IMG/VR virus record: IMGVR_UViG_3300020450_001021
Coordinates: 1 to 64,000 of that record
DNA from: a virus
Length of the DNA stretch: 64,000 nt
Direction: 5' to 3' (one strand)
Below the pieces are notes generated by a model. The model was given only the letters and a program-made list of their open reading frames with translations, made no database searches and was not told the origin of the DNA. Position numbers and translations under genes: made by a program. Below are positions 47,073 to 57,300 of this stretch, one piece after another. The stretch's first letter is position 1. Each line of letters begins with the position of its first letter.

Positions 47073-47245
47073 GAGTGTTCCATTAATATATTTCTATTAT
47101 AATAAGAAACCCTCCGCTTGGGAGGGTTGAGTAGACGGTTTATCAACTGTCTACGTCTTTTTTTAGCAGCACGTAATGCTTGAGGTTTCAAGGTACGTTT
47201 CTGTTCTTTTTTAGAGTGATGTTGCCAGTTCGGAAGTTGTGCCAT
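47069..47245 (-). CDS. small basic conserved protein
   Basis: Manual translation MAQLPNWQHHSKKEQKRTLKPQALRAAKKRRRQLINRLL... Confidence 0.55.
   Translation of the reverse strand: MAQLPNWQHHSKKEQKRTLKPQALRAAKKRRRQLINRLLNPPKRRVSYYNRNILMEHS
47096..47151 (-). promoter_or_regulatory. cyanomyovirus early-promoter motif
   Basis: CAGTTGATAAACCGTCTAC, AACCCTCC/GGAGGGTT inverted repeat, then TATAAT. Confidence 0.7.
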
Positions 47246-48962
47246 CGTACTGTTTAGGTTTAGAAAAATTCTTGTATTTCTTGAATTCTATCACATTATT
47301 AAACTTATCTACTATCTGTTCACCTTTATGTGAGATAACAAACACATTATTACCATCAGTAATATTGTATAGTATTCTCATAAAGTCCTGTGTACCATTA
47401 CTATCTAAAGAACTATCAAAAATTTCGTCAAGAATAAGGATATTTGTATTAACTGAATTTTTTAATTTAGCAATCTCTCTCCATGTGAAAAGAAGTGCTA
47501 GATCAATTCTCATCTTCTCTCCTTCTGAGAAAGAAGCGTAAGAGAAATCATCTCTAAATCTAGATTTAATTGTTTCATTAAACATCTCATCAAGATTAAA
47601 GTTGACATAAAACTCTAACTTCTGAAGGTATTTATTAATAAGATCATTCATTACAGGTAAGTACTTTCTAATGATAGATGATTTAACACCTCCGTCTTTT
47701 AAAAATTCTGACACCATTTTTAAATCTTCTTGTTTAGTAAGTACTTCTTTTTTTAAAGATTCTTTTTCTCTACCTTGTCCTATTATTTTTAATAACTTAC
47801 TTTTTTCTTTATCAACTGAATCATCATTAGTTTTTATAGATTCAATTTCTTTCTGTATCTCTTTAATTTTCTTGTTCTTCCAGTTTATATCACTCAATAA
47901 TTGTTTTATTTTTATTTGAGATTCTTTAATTAATGTGTGTATACTATTTCTTTCTGATAATTTTTTATTTAACTTTGTATGTTCACTATTAATTTGATCT
48001 AATGCTTCATTTAGTTTAGAAAGTTTACTCTCATCAGTAGTTACCATCTCATCACGTAAAGTTTCTTTTATAATTTGATGACATGTAGGACAACTTGTAT
48101 TGTTACTAAAGAATTTAATTTCTTTCTTTAAATCTTTCATCTTACTATTAAAAGTAACTTTAAAATCCCTTAACTTTTGTATTCTATCAGTTGGATCTTC
48201 AGTTTCTTCTAATTCATATGTTAAACTATCAACTTCTCTCATATCAAGTTCTAAAGATTCTTCAGACCTTTCTATATCTTGCCTTAATGTTTCTATGGAT
48301 TCATTCCAATGTGATACATTACTTTGACTTTGTTTTTTTAAATCCTCTATTAGTGTTTTTTGTACCCGTACTTTATCTTTTAGTAAATACATTGTATTTT
48401 CTACATCCATTACCTCTTCTTTATTAACTTTAATTCTCTCTTTTAATATCAAATTCATAGTAGAGAATATTCTTATATCAAGTATATCTTCTATAACATC
48501 TCTTCTGCCTGGTGCAGATAACTGCATGAATGGCACAAACGTACTTGATCCTAACACAACTATTTGTGTAAAAGATTTATAATTCATTTTTAAAACGTTT
48601 TGTTCTAACCATTTTTGTTGATCATTAATTGCAGATTCCTGATCTAACAAACCATTATTTTTATAGATCTCAAATACATTTGGTTTTATACCTCTAATTA
48701 TTTTCCATGTTATCTTTCCAATTATAAATTCTAACTCTACCTTACAGTCACTACAGTTAGTAGTATTTACTAATTGATTTTTATTAATTTTACGAAATGG
48801 TTTACTAAACAAAGAAAAACATAGTGCATCTAAAATAGTAGATTTACCTGCACCGTTCTCTCCTACGATCAATGTTCTGTTATGACCATTAAGATTTACT
48901 TCAGTAAAGTTATTTCCTGTGCTCAAGAAATTTTTCCATTTTATAGATTTAAATTCAATCAT
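47211..48962 (-). CDS. recombination endonuclease ATPase subunit (gp46 / Rad50-like)
   Basis: GENGAGKS, CPTC hook, FSEGEK, LDEIFD. Confidence 0.96.
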   Translation of the reverse strand: MIEFKSIKWKNFLSTGNNFTEVNLNGHNRTLIVGENGAGKSTILDALCFSLFSKPFRKINKNQLVNTTNCSDCKVELEFIIGKITWKIIRGIKPNVFEIYKNNGLLDQESAINDQQKWLEQNVLKMNYKSFTQIVVLGSSTFVPFMQLSAPGRRDVIEDILDIRIFSTMNLILKERIKVNKEEVMDVENTMYLLKDKVRVQKTLIEDLKKQSQSNVSHWNESIETLRQDIERSEESLELDMREVDSLTYELEETEDPTDRIQKLRDFKVTFNSKMKDLKKEIKFFSNNTSCPTCHQIIKETLRDEMVTTDESKLSKLNEALDQINSEHTKLNKKLSERNSIHTLIKESQIKIKQLLSDINWKNKKIKEIQKEIESIKTNDDSVDKEKSKLLKIIGQGREKESLKKEVLTKQEDLKMVSEFLKDGGVKSSIIRKYLPVMNDLINKYLQKLEFYVNFNLDEMFNETIKSRFRDDFSYASFSEGEKMRIDLALLFTWREIAKLKNSVNTNILILDEIFDSSLDSNGTQDFMRILYNITDGNNVFVISHKGEQIVDKFNNVIEFKKYKNFSKPKQYDGTTSELATSL

Positions 48963-49213
48963 GCTTTGGGTGGAATAATAATGTCATCAGGGGTAACTAC
49001 ACAATAAGTATATCCATGCTCTTCACATATTTGCATAGCAAGTTCATCTTCTACTTCTATAATTTTCATCTCAGGATAATCTTCTGCCATTAATAAATTA
49101 GCATGTCTAATAGCATCCTCTTCATCTTCAAAAAGATATAGAACATTATTTTTCCCAACGTTGGGTGCATATGCTCCTTCATCTTCTTTACCTGCAACTG
49201 TCAATAAAAACAT
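48959..49213 (-). CDS. conserved hypothetical protein
   Basis: EGAYA...LYLFEDEEDAIR. Confidence 0.8.
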   Translation of the reverse strand: MFLLTVAGKEDEGAYAPNVGKNNVLYLFEDEEDAIRHANLLMAEDYPEMKIIEVEDELAMQICEEHGYTYCVVTPDDIIIPPKA

Positions 49214-50250
49214 TATTCTAATTGAATTGATTCTGCGTATATAGAATTGACAATTGATTTTAAATTGTCTTTGTTAGAGTAATCAAGGTGATCAATGTAC
49301 TTTTCTAAGTATGTTAAAGTACCTTCTATTTCAATATCTCCAGTTTCTGGAACAAATTGAACTGTATTATCAATAATTTTTAAATCATGTATTCCTATAT
49401 TATAGAGTCGATCTATCAAATTGTCAAACTCATAGTAGTTATCTTTCTTCTCAACTATTAGTTTAATAAACTTGTCTTTATACTTTTCAACATTTATAGT
49501 TGCATAATTTGTAGTAGAATCATTATAGAATATTTTCTCAAACATATAGTAAGGATTTTCTATAAATTTAATTCTTTTAGTTTTTGTGTTGTATAAATGA
49601 AATCCTCTTTTTTCAGAGTAATCATTCCAGTACGTTTGATATGGATTACCAAGATAAGTTATATTACCATTAGATGATCTAGTATGAAAATGACCAGAGT
49701 AAACCTTTTTAAACTTATCAAATTTTTCAATACTTAAACCATGATCCATAACAAAACCTTTATGTGCCTCAAATCCTTTAAATTCTAAATGACCCATACA
49801 TATCTGTGCTTTAGTATTGTCTATCTCTTCAAAACTTTCCAACTCATTATCAATACATATCCAAGGAAGAAAACATATATCTAAACCTTCTATATTAAGA
49901 GTAATTGCTTTTTCTATACATTCAACATTATCATAGTGATTCATAAGTAAATCAACTGTGTTAATGTTTAATGTGTTTTTATAATAGGCAGTATGGTTAC
50001 CGACTAAAGAATATATTTTAATACCCATGTCAGAAAGAACATCAAAGTACTTTTCTTTTGCCCAGTTTAATGACCAAAAATCTATTTGTTTTCTATTGTC
50101 AAAAGTATCTCCTAGATCTAACAAAGTTTTAATTTTATTTTCTTTTAAAGTAGGAAAGAATATATCATTATAAAATTTTTCCATATAGTCATGGAACACT
50201 TGACTACCTTTACGTAATCCAAAGTGTTGATCAGTTATAATTCCTATCAT
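49213..50250 (-). CDS. recombination endonuclease subunit (gp47 / Mre11-like)
   Basis: TDQHFG, GDTFD, GNH, GHFH. Confidence 0.96.
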   Translation of the reverse strand: MIGIITDQHFGLRKGSQVFHDYMEKFYNDIFFPTLKENKIKTLLDLGDTFDNRKQIDFWSLNWAKEKYFDVLSDMGIKIYSLVGNHTAYYKNTLNINTVDLLMNHYDNVECIEKAITLNIEGLDICFLPWICIDNELESFEEIDNTKAQICMGHLEFKGFEAHKGFVMDHGLSIEKFDKFKKVYSGHFHTRSSNGNITYLGNPYQTYWNDYSEKRGFHLYNTKTKRIKFIENPYYMFEKIFYNDSTTNYATINVEKYKDKFIKLIVEKKDNYYEFDNLIDRLYNIGIHDLKIIDNTVQFVPETGDIEIEGTLTYLEKYIDHLDYSNKDNLKSIVNSIYAESIQLE

Positions 50251-50326
50251 ATTATTGGTTTACTAAGATTTTTATAAAGAATATATGCACAATAGCATAA
50301 ACTAAACACAAAGAAAATTTTCTCAA

Positions 50327-50791
50327 TCATTGCCTATACCTCTGTTCAAGTGATGTCTTAATACCTTCATACTCTGCTTTGTTTCCATAAGCATCAGCAG
50401 AAAATAGTTCGTTATGTCCTGACTTCTCTATAATTTTAGTTTTTATATCTACTTGTTTCTTTTCCTTTTGTATCCTACGTAAGAATGCATAGTAAATTAT
50501 CTGTGTGAAGTATGCAAAAGGATTTCTAGATTTATTAGGATCAAAGTTATCAATGTATGTAATACAGTTCTCTATGCCATCACCTATCATGTCATCTTTA
50601 AACATATAGTTGACAAAATTAGGTTTATATGATAAATGTTGTGCTATCTTTAAAAAACATGACCCTATGTATTCACCTACAGGAGGTTTCTTCAGTCCTT
50701 TTAACTTAGCAATCTCTACATTATCTTTGTATTCGATGATTGCTGCTAAGAACTCTTTATTGTTAACGTAATGTTCCTTACTTTTAGGCAT
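50327..50791 (-). CDS. late transcription sigma factor (gp55-like)
   Basis: HYVNNKEF, PNFVNY, NPFAYFTQI.YYAFLRRI.KEKKQ. Confidence 0.96.
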   Translation of the reverse strand: MPKSKEHYVNNKEFLAAIIEYKDNVEIAKLKGLKKPPVGEYIGSCFLKIAQHLSYKPNFVNYMFKDDMIGDGIENCITYIDNFDPNKSRNPFAYFTQIIYYAFLRRIQKEKKQVDIKTKIIEKSGHNELFSADAYGNKAEYEGIKTSLEQRYRQ

Positions 50792-50817
50792 TAAATGTAT
50801 CTATCCCAGATGTGTCT

Positions 50818-50868
50818 ATCATAACATATTTTTAGGGACTTGACAAGTGGTTGTAATACGTGTATAAT
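50818..50868. promoter_or_regulatory. back-to-back sigma70 promoters sharing a -35 palindrome
   Basis: Minus strand TTGTCA-17-TATGAT (50846-50818) toward gp55; plus strand TTGACA-17-TATAAT (50840-50868). Confidence 0.65.
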
Positions 50869-50895
50869 AACTGTGTCAACGGTTAAGGGATAATA

Positions 50896-51360
50896 CTAAG
50901 CTTTATCTGGATCTTCTTTTTTAAATTCTATACGAAAAACTGTTTCAAGGTACTCTCTCGCTATATCTACTGATCCAATTAATCCAGTTTCTTCATTTAA
51001 TGGAATACGACCTCTTGTTCTCCCTTTAATAACAGGAGGTCTTTTTGTTTGTGATTTTATTTTTTGATACTTCTCTGCTTCTTGTAATTTATTTAATGTA
51101 GTTTCATAGAACTGAGCAACGAAAGAACTCATTTCTTTTATACACAATATATCTTCTCCATACAATGTAAAGGTATTCTCATGAGATACTTTCATCCAAG
51201 GTTTTATCTTTACACCTGACATAAGACCAGGAATGTCTATTTCTTCAACACAAATTGGATTCTCAATAGTAAGAATGTCTTCCTCAGGATATGCTTCCTT
51301 TACAAAGCATAGGATCTCTTCCTCTGATTTAAATTTAATACTAGCGTAAAATGAATCCAT
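50896..51360 (-). CDS. conserved T4-like hypothetical protein
   Basis: FYASIKFKS.EEI...ENP...PWMK. Confidence 0.8.
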   Translation of the reverse strand: MDSFYASIKFKSEEEILCFVKEAYPEEDILTIENPICVEEIDIPGLMSGVKIKPWMKVSHENTFTLYGEDILCIKEMSSFVAQFYETTLNKLQEAEKYQKIKSQTKRPPVIKGRTRGRIPLNEETGLIGSVDIAREYLETVFRIEFKKEDPDKA

Positions 51361-51362
51361 GT

Positions 51363-52829
51363 TTACTGTTTGAGTTTTATCTTAATAAGTTCATAGTCGA
51401 AATTTTCTTGATTGTATATTTTTACCCTTTCAAATAAGTGATGTAATGTGTAGTTAGGGTTTCTCCCATCATTTGTAGTATCATCAGCAATGTCATAGAG
51501 CACTGCTTTCTTTTTATTATCACCTTTCCTTAGTACTCTACCTATTGACTGAAGATTTCGTACTCTGGATTTTGAGGGCGACGCAAAGATGATGTTATGT
51601 AATCTTTTAATATTAATACCAGTACTAAAAGTCCCATACGAAGCAACGATAATTGCATTTGTTTCATTTTCAGTAATACTCCTTACTTCTTCACGGTCTT
51701 GAGTCGCTACACCCCCATGAACAAAGAATACCTTACGTTCATTGGATGCAGAACTATTTATCAAATTGTAAAGTGGTTCTCCGTGTTTTTCTACGTAGTT
51801 GAATAGCACTAGTGTATTTCCATCAAGATCTAATGTGAGGTTTTTGATAAAGTTATTTCTTCTTTCGTGAGTTACTATCCATTCTATTTCGTCTTGATAA
51901 GTTTCAAATTTAGTATGTGGATGTTTTAATGTAATAATTTTTATTTTTAATCTAGATAAATGTCCTTGTTTAATTAATTCATTAGTATTAGTTACTTTAT
52001 CATGAGGTCCGAATAGTCCTTCTAGTACTAATTTATTTGTTTTACTACCATCTAATGTACCAGTAAATCCTATACGATACTTAGCATGATGTAATTTAGT
52101 AAGTAAATCCGTCAGTGACTTTGCTTTAAAGAGATGTGCTTCATCTCCTATAACAGCAGTAAATGGTTCAAACCATACTTTACTTTGTTTATATACTGAT
52201 TGCCATGTAGTTATAGTAACTGGTTTATCTGATACTTTCTCATGACCTGCATATATTCTATGTACATAATCATCTACACACCATCCATAGGAAAAGAAAT
52301 CTTTATATAATTGTTCTACTAAGGATGTAGTAGGAACAACTATCAATACTTTCTGTTTAGTATCAAATAAAAATCTAACAATAGAATATATCATTAGTGA
52401 TTTACCTGATCCTGTAGGTGATACTATTAACTTTCTTCTTTTACGTAATGCTTCGTAGATAGCAGTGTATTGATAATCTCTTATTTTTAGTGAAGTAAAC
52501 TTATCAACATACCTTTTTACTCCATCGGAAGATATAAGTTCATCCTCTGAATCAGGCATACCAAAATGTTTATTATCAATATATTCATACTGATAACCTC
52601 TCTCATCACAAAAGGTTTCAATATACTCTCTTAAACCTGCATATATTTGACCAGTTGCAGGCGAAAATAATCTTATCTTACCATCCCAGTATCTTTTTCT
52701 ATAGGAATCCATGAACTTTGCTTCTGGCACATCAAATGTGAAGTGATCAGATAATTCATATCCTATATGGGGTGGTACTTTTAGTTGAAGGTATACTTCG
52801 TTTTTCTTTTTAATAAGAACATCACTCAT
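51363..52829 (-). CDS. uvsW: SF2 DNA helicase
   Basis: SPTGSGKS, DEAH, TGT, QSIGRVLR. Confidence 0.96.
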   Translation of the reverse strand: MSDVLIKKKNEVYLQLKVPPHIGYELSDHFTFDVPEAKFMDSYRKRYWDGKIRLFSPATGQIYAGLREYIETFCDERGYQYEYIDNKHFGMPDSEDELISSDGVKRYVDKFTSLKIRDYQYTAIYEALRKRRKLIVSPTGSGKSLMIYSIVRFLFDTKQKVLIVVPTTSLVEQLYKDFFSYGWCVDDYVHRIYAGHEKVSDKPVTITTWQSVYKQSKVWFEPFTAVIGDEAHLFKAKSLTDLLTKLHHAKYRIGFTGTLDGSKTNKLVLEGLFGPHDKVTNTNELIKQGHLSRLKIKIITLKHPHTKFETYQDEIEWIVTHERRNNFIKNLTLDLDGNTLVLFNYVEKHGEPLYNLINSSASNERKVFFVHGGVATQDREEVRSITENETNAIIVASYGTFSTGINIKRLHNIIFASPSKSRVRNLQSIGRVLRKGDNKKKAVLYDIADDTTNDGRNPNYTLHHLFERVKIYNQENFDYELIKIKLKQ

Positions 52830-53235
52830 CTAACCCCTTTGTATATTTCATCCAATCAATTGCATTCTTTATTTGGAATGAACGATTGTTAATATTATTT
52901 AGTATCTCTTTGAGCGTTTTTTCATACGTATCGTATAGGTCTAACCGACCCTGTGCCTTATTTAAATCTTCATCTGCATTGAGATATATGGGAACTTCAT
53001 TCTTCATAATTTTTACATCAGGGCATAGATCTTCTCTCCCCATATAAAAACTATACTTCTCTTTATAAAGTTTATGGAATGCATACAGTGCTTCTTTTTT
53101 AAGTAGTTGATATCTCAGATATTTGTCCAACCACTTGGAATGTAGCATGGGTATTTTACGTGATTCATCAAACAAATCATCACCCATTGCAGCGTCTTTA
53201 CGCCACTCATTCATAAATTTTTCATTGACATTCAT
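52822..53235 (-). CDS. uvsY: recombination mediator
   Basis: ES.KIP.LHSKW, Y..ADEDL, R.FQIKNAIDW. Confidence 0.9.
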   Translation of the reverse strand: MNVNEKFMNEWRKDAAMGDDLFDESRKIPMLHSKWLDKYLRYQLLKKEALYAFHKLYKEKYSFYMGREDLCPDVKIMKNEVPIYLNADEDLNKAQGRLDLYDTYEKTLKEILNNINNRSFQIKNAIDWMKYTKGLDE

Positions 53236-53762
53236 AATGTTAGTTCTTTGTCATTCTTGTCTAGTAATTTAAAATAGGTATACTTAAAGGTAACATCTGC
53301 AGTTAAATACTGTATGTCATTAGTGTCTACACTAAATGGTAAACTTGTTAGTCCTACAGGAAATGCATCATACAATTTAACTACAGTTTGAGTATTGAAA
53401 CTACTGTTTAATATTTTAAGAGTAAGATCCAATCTTTCAACGTCTGCACCTTGATGTTTTTTCTCCAACATTGCATTGGCAAACTCTCTCCACTGACCTG
53501 CTTTTTGGGGATAAGTTATACCAGTCATCCAATTATGGATAATAGAGTAATTTCTCATGTCCTCATCAATTAGGAAAGTTACAGAAAAGTCCTCATAATT
53601 TAACTTGTCACCTGCTAGTTGAAAGTCATTATAGATGGTTGCTTGCTGTGGTCCTCCCATTGATATACCAGGTATATTTGCTGCATTGCATTGGAACGAT
53701 ACTTCTTTAAAGAAAGGTATGTCCAATTGAAATGCTACTGGTGCTAGAAAGTTATTGCTCAC
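53232..53762 (-). CDS. tail completion / tube terminator (gp3-like)
   Basis: NFLAP..F, ANIPG, GDKL.Y, FLIDEDM.NY, AFP..L. Confidence 0.88.
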   Translation of the reverse strand: MSNNFLAPVAFQLDIPFFKEVSFQCNAANIPGISMGGPQQATIYNDFQLAGDKLNYEDFSVTFLIDEDMRNYSIIHNWMTGITYPQKAGQWREFANAMLEKKHQGADVERLDLTLKILNSSFNTQTVVKLYDAFPVGLTSLPFSVDTNDIQYLTADVTFKYTYFKLLDKNDKELTL

Positions 53763-53797
53763 AATAAATACGGAGTCCTCCCATATTATTTAGACAT

Positions 53798-53827
53798 AAA
53801 AAAAGAGACCCCTTAAGGTCTCTTTTT
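53798..53827 (-). terminator. intrinsic (bidirectional) terminator after the major capsid gene
   Basis: AAAAAGAGACC/GGTCTCTTTTT inverted repeat. Confidence 0.85.
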
Positions 53828-53844
53828 AAAATATGTAATCCGAA

Positions 53845-55290
53845 TTACATTAAGTTTGCAACAGATACTCTTCTGTAGTAAACGTTTGTACTTAGGTTAC
53901 CAGCTGCCTGTGGATCAGAGTTTGTAAGAGTTGAATCAAATCCTTTAGCAAATGGATTAAGAACTACGCCATAACGTGTCTTAAACCCGATGCGTGGTTG
54001 GAAGTCGTCTTGTCCGACGCTACGTACCATCTGTAGAGGCACATAAGGACAATAGAACAGACCAGCATCATAAGGAGATGAACCCTTGTATCCGATAACA
54101 TAGTACTGATTACCTGAGTTACCTGAGGATGCTGTACCACCACGAGTGATAGTTGCATATGGGTCAATGTAAACTCTGTATCTACCGTTAAGGATACCAG
54201 CGAAGGTATTTCCTGTCTCATCAACCGCTAAACGGTTGTTACCTTCGATTGCAGGAGCGTAATCAAGAGCACCAGCCATTGCTAAAGCAGAAGCAACGTC
54301 AGCAGAGCACATAATCATGTTGCCCTTTCCACGACGAGTTTCTCTTGCAATTGCGTTTGCGTCTCTTTCGATCTGGAACATAAGTCCCTTGAATTTCTCA
54401 ACAGACCAACGACCATTACTATCAACGTCTAAGTCAAATGTACCTGCAGTAGCGGTGTCATGCTGTGCACCACGTTTTGCTGACTTATAAATTGTACGAA
54501 CAATCTCTCTGTTGATTTCAGCAAGGATTTCAGATGAGAGGATGTTTGCCAATTCTGACTCAGCATCAAGACCATGAATAGCACGAAGGTCTTGTGCTAA
54601 TTCAATACTGTACTCTGCCTTTAGAGCTCTGGACTTAGCAGTAACCGAGATCTTCTCGATACTGAATCCCATCTCTCTGAAGTCAGGAGCAGAACCGTCA
54701 CTATCTAATGCCTCAGAGTCCTGTGTGGACATTGGAGCACCGTTGTCATAGTAACCTTGAACTGTTGATTCGTTAGAACCTGTAAATCCGTCGTTAAGAA
54801 CAGCAGGGTTGTCACCTGTTGTTGTAGGACCTGCACCAGTAACGTCGTTAGCACCACCAGTACCTGACTGATTTGGGTTAACTTCGTTAAAGAATGTCTC
54901 AGCATTACCTGTGCCAGGACCGTCGTAACGTGCTCTCATTGCAAAGATTAGTCCAGTAGGACCACTCATTGGTTGAACACCAGCAAGGTCATAAGCAACC
55001 AAGTTAGGCATTGCACGTCTAATCAATGAGATTAGAACTGGGTCAAAACCTGCAACTGATTGGTCACCACCTGAACTAAAACCAGCAGCACCTGTACCAC
55101 CTGGGTCTGTGTTCATTGTAGGAATCGCTTCAGAAAGTATCTGGCGTTCCTGTCTAATTACTTTTTCTTGGTTCTCTAAGAGAATTGAGGTAACAGCTTT
55201 CTTATAGTTATCTGTGATTGGATCAAGATCACTATGGTCGAGAACTGGTGCCCATTTTTCTTGAAGAACCTTTGACATACCTAATGTCAT
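53845..55290 (-). CDS. major capsid protein (gp23-like)
   Basis: GVQPMSGPTGLIFAMR, KSRALKAEY, YCPYVPL, FQPRIGFKTRYG. Confidence 0.98.
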   Translation of the reverse strand: MTLGMSKVLQEKWAPVLDHSDLDPITDNYKKAVTSILLENQEKVIRQERQILSEAIPTMNTDPGGTGAAGFSSGGDQSVAGFDPVLISLIRRAMPNLVAYDLAGVQPMSGPTGLIFAMRARYDGPGTGNAETFFNEVNPNQSGTGGANDVTGAGPTTTGDNPAVLNDGFTGSNESTVQGYYDNGAPMSTQDSEALDSDGSAPDFREMGFSIEKISVTAKSRALKAEYSIELAQDLRAIHGLDAESELANILSSEILAEINREIVRTIYKSAKRGAQHDTATAGTFDLDVDSNGRWSVEKFKGLMFQIERDANAIARETRRGKGNMIMCSADVASALAMAGALDYAPAIEGNNRLAVDETGNTFAGILNGRYRVYIDPYATITRGGTASSGNSGNQYYVIGYKGSSPYDAGLFYCPYVPLQMVRSVGQDDFQPRIGFKTRYGVVLNPFAKGFDSTLTNSDPQAAGNLSTNVYYRRVSVANLM

Positions 55291-55327
55291 TTTTGTTTTT
55301 CTCCGTTAAAATTAGGGTTTTAATAAT

Positions 55328-56359
55328 TTACTGCCACTGTGAGATAGCATTGACATATGCTGCCATTGCACCTTCTGCAGGTGCTGCTACTTCTCCAGTT
55401 GCTACATCTTCCTTAGGAGCAGAAACCTTTTCCTTGGGGAAATAGTTTTCCTTAAGGGTTGCAAGCTTCTCCTTAAAGGACTCTTCAGATTCATACTCAA
55501 CTGACTCAGCAAGTGAAGCGAGCTTCTCTGCCTGTGTTTGAGCTAAACCTTTAGATACTTCGGCAATTAATGATTCACGAGTACGTGAATTAATTGTTCC
55601 GTTTAGTGAGACGTTCTTATCAATTTGCTCATTGAGCTTCTCTTCCATTTCATCAAGTTTGTTAGTCATCTCATCGAGAACATCATATTTTTCCTCAGGG
55701 ATTGATACATAATTTTCTTCAAAAAGTTTCTTCATGCCATCCATGAAGGAACCATACATTTCTAGTTTGATGCCATTGTGGATTTCGAGTTCATTCTCTT
55801 TCTTCCACTCTTCGGCAACATAAGCAAGGAACTTGTCTACTTTTTCGCTGAGTTCTTCTTTAAACTCATCTACTTGTTTAACTAGTTCTTGCTCAAATAC
55901 TGTTTCTAATCTTTTCTTCTGTTCAGCAATTTTTGCTTTTACAGCAGTTTCAAAGATAGTTTTTGTTTTTGCTTTAAACTCTTCGGATAATTCTTCGCCT
56001 GTTAGAAGTGCTTTAACATCGTCATCGACATTAATTTCTTCTTCAACGATTTCTCCGTCTACTTCTGTTTCTTCCGCTTTGGTGATACCTGCAGGTTTTC
56101 CATCTGGTGCACCAGCGTTTTTGTTAACAGCGTTTCCTTTTATTTGTGATGTGCCTTTGTTGGCAATCTTGGATGAATTGTCATCCTGTTTATAATTTTG
56201 GTTGGTAGGACCTCCCAAATCTTCAATCGAAGCATCTTGCGGTGCAGGGACGGAAACTTTTTCCATACCATCTGCTTTGCCAGCACCATCAGTGACTTGG
56301 CGTTCGGAGAGATTCTCTTCGACGAATGTTTCAAATTTCTGGTCAACTGATGCTGACAT
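55328..56359 (-). CDS. prohead core scaffold protein (gp22-like)
   Basis: LSEEFKAK..TIFETAV; acidic coiled coil; LKENYF. Confidence 0.93.
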   Translation of the reverse strand: MSASVDQKFETFVEENLSERQVTDGAGKADGMEKVSVPAPQDASIEDLGGPTNQNYKQDDNSSKIANKGTSQIKGNAVNKNAGAPDGKPAGITKAEETEVDGEIVEEEINVDDDVKALLTGEELSEEFKAKTKTIFETAVKAKIAEQKKRLETVFEQELVKQVDEFKEELSEKVDKFLAYVAEEWKKENELEIHNGIKLEMYGSFMDGMKKLFEENYVSIPEEKYDVLDEMTNKLDEMEEKLNEQIDKNVSLNGTINSRTRESLIAEVSKGLAQTQAEKLASLAESVEYESEESFKEKLATLKENYFPKEKVSAPKEDVATGEVAAPAEGAMAAYVNAISQWQ

Positions 56360-56408
56360 ATTGATACTCCTTGTAAATAATCTTACTTATTCTGAATTTA
56401 TTTATAAA

Positions 56409-57053
56409 TTACAGTCCTTTGAGGAACTGTTTAAATGCGGAAACTTTCCGTTCCTGCAAATTATATAGGGTAGCAGCATCAATTCCTTTCTTTATAGAGG
56501 AAATTTCTTGCTCTTTCAGTAACCCATTATCCCAAACCCATTCTTTTCCTTCCATGATACCTTCTACAAAAGCATCAGGGGCAGATGGATCTGCAACAAT
56601 ATCAGCAGCAGTTGCTAACTGATAGTCATCACGAACGTAGTTTGCACCACCCATTTCTCTTAGAGAACCAACTCCTCTAGAAGAAACACCTAATGATACA
56701 CCCTCACCGAGTAAAGATTTTGCAATCTGACCCATTGGTGTATCTAAAATTTTCGCTTTACCAATATAATTGTTTCCTTCTCTTACGAGTGATTCAATTT
56801 TATGTGAAGCTCTATCCAAATTAACCGTAGGTCCTTCTGGATGTCCTAGTTCACCTAAAGCACGATTCTTAGAAATGTTTTGTTCAGTATATCTACCAAC
56901 TTCTCTCTCAAGAATATCAATAGGATACACTCTACCATTTCTATTTTTAATTTCACCTTGCAAAAATACACCTTGAATGTAATGGTTTTTTGTACCATTA
57001 TTATCCTCGGTTAGAAATTTTACTTCCTCTATTTGTTCAGTTATTAGTTTCAT
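56409..57053 (-). CDS. prohead protease (gp21-like)
   Basis: NRNGRVYP, ALGELGHP, GVSSRG.GS, DIVADPSAPDA. Confidence 0.96.
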   Translation of the reverse strand: MKLITEQIEEVKFLTEDNNGTKNHYIQGVFLQGEIKNRNGRVYPIDILEREVGRYTEQNISKNRALGELGHPEGPTVNLDRASHKIESLVREGNNYIGKAKILDTPMGQIAKSLLGEGVSLGVSSRGVGSLREMGGANYVRDDYQLATAADIVADPSAPDAFVEGIMEGKEWVWDNGLLKEQEISSIKKGIDAATLYNLQERKVSAFKQFLKGL

Positions 57054-57285
57054 TGTCTTCTGGTGAAGGGGGTAACTGTTCATCACTAGCAACAGTTTCT
57101 GGAGATTCAGTTTCTACTTCATCTTCCTCAGGTTCAGATAAATGACTAAACATATCTGCACCAACTTTCTCTTTTTCAAGAGTCAGTATTTCTGCTGCTT
57201 TGTTCATAATGACATCTTTAACCGCATCGGATGCATCTGCAAGATGATCCTTCATAATCATGTCAACGATTTTGGTTGTTTCCAT
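57037..57285 (-). CDS. small acidic prohead core protein (gp67 position)
   Basis: Synteny between portal and protease; acidic. Confidence 0.65.
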   Translation of the reverse strand: METTKIVDMIMKDHLADASDAVKDVIMNKAAEILTLEKEKVGADMFSHLSEPEEDEVETESPETVASDEQLPPSPEDNETNN

Positions 57286-57300
57286 ACTAAAACCTCAGTT

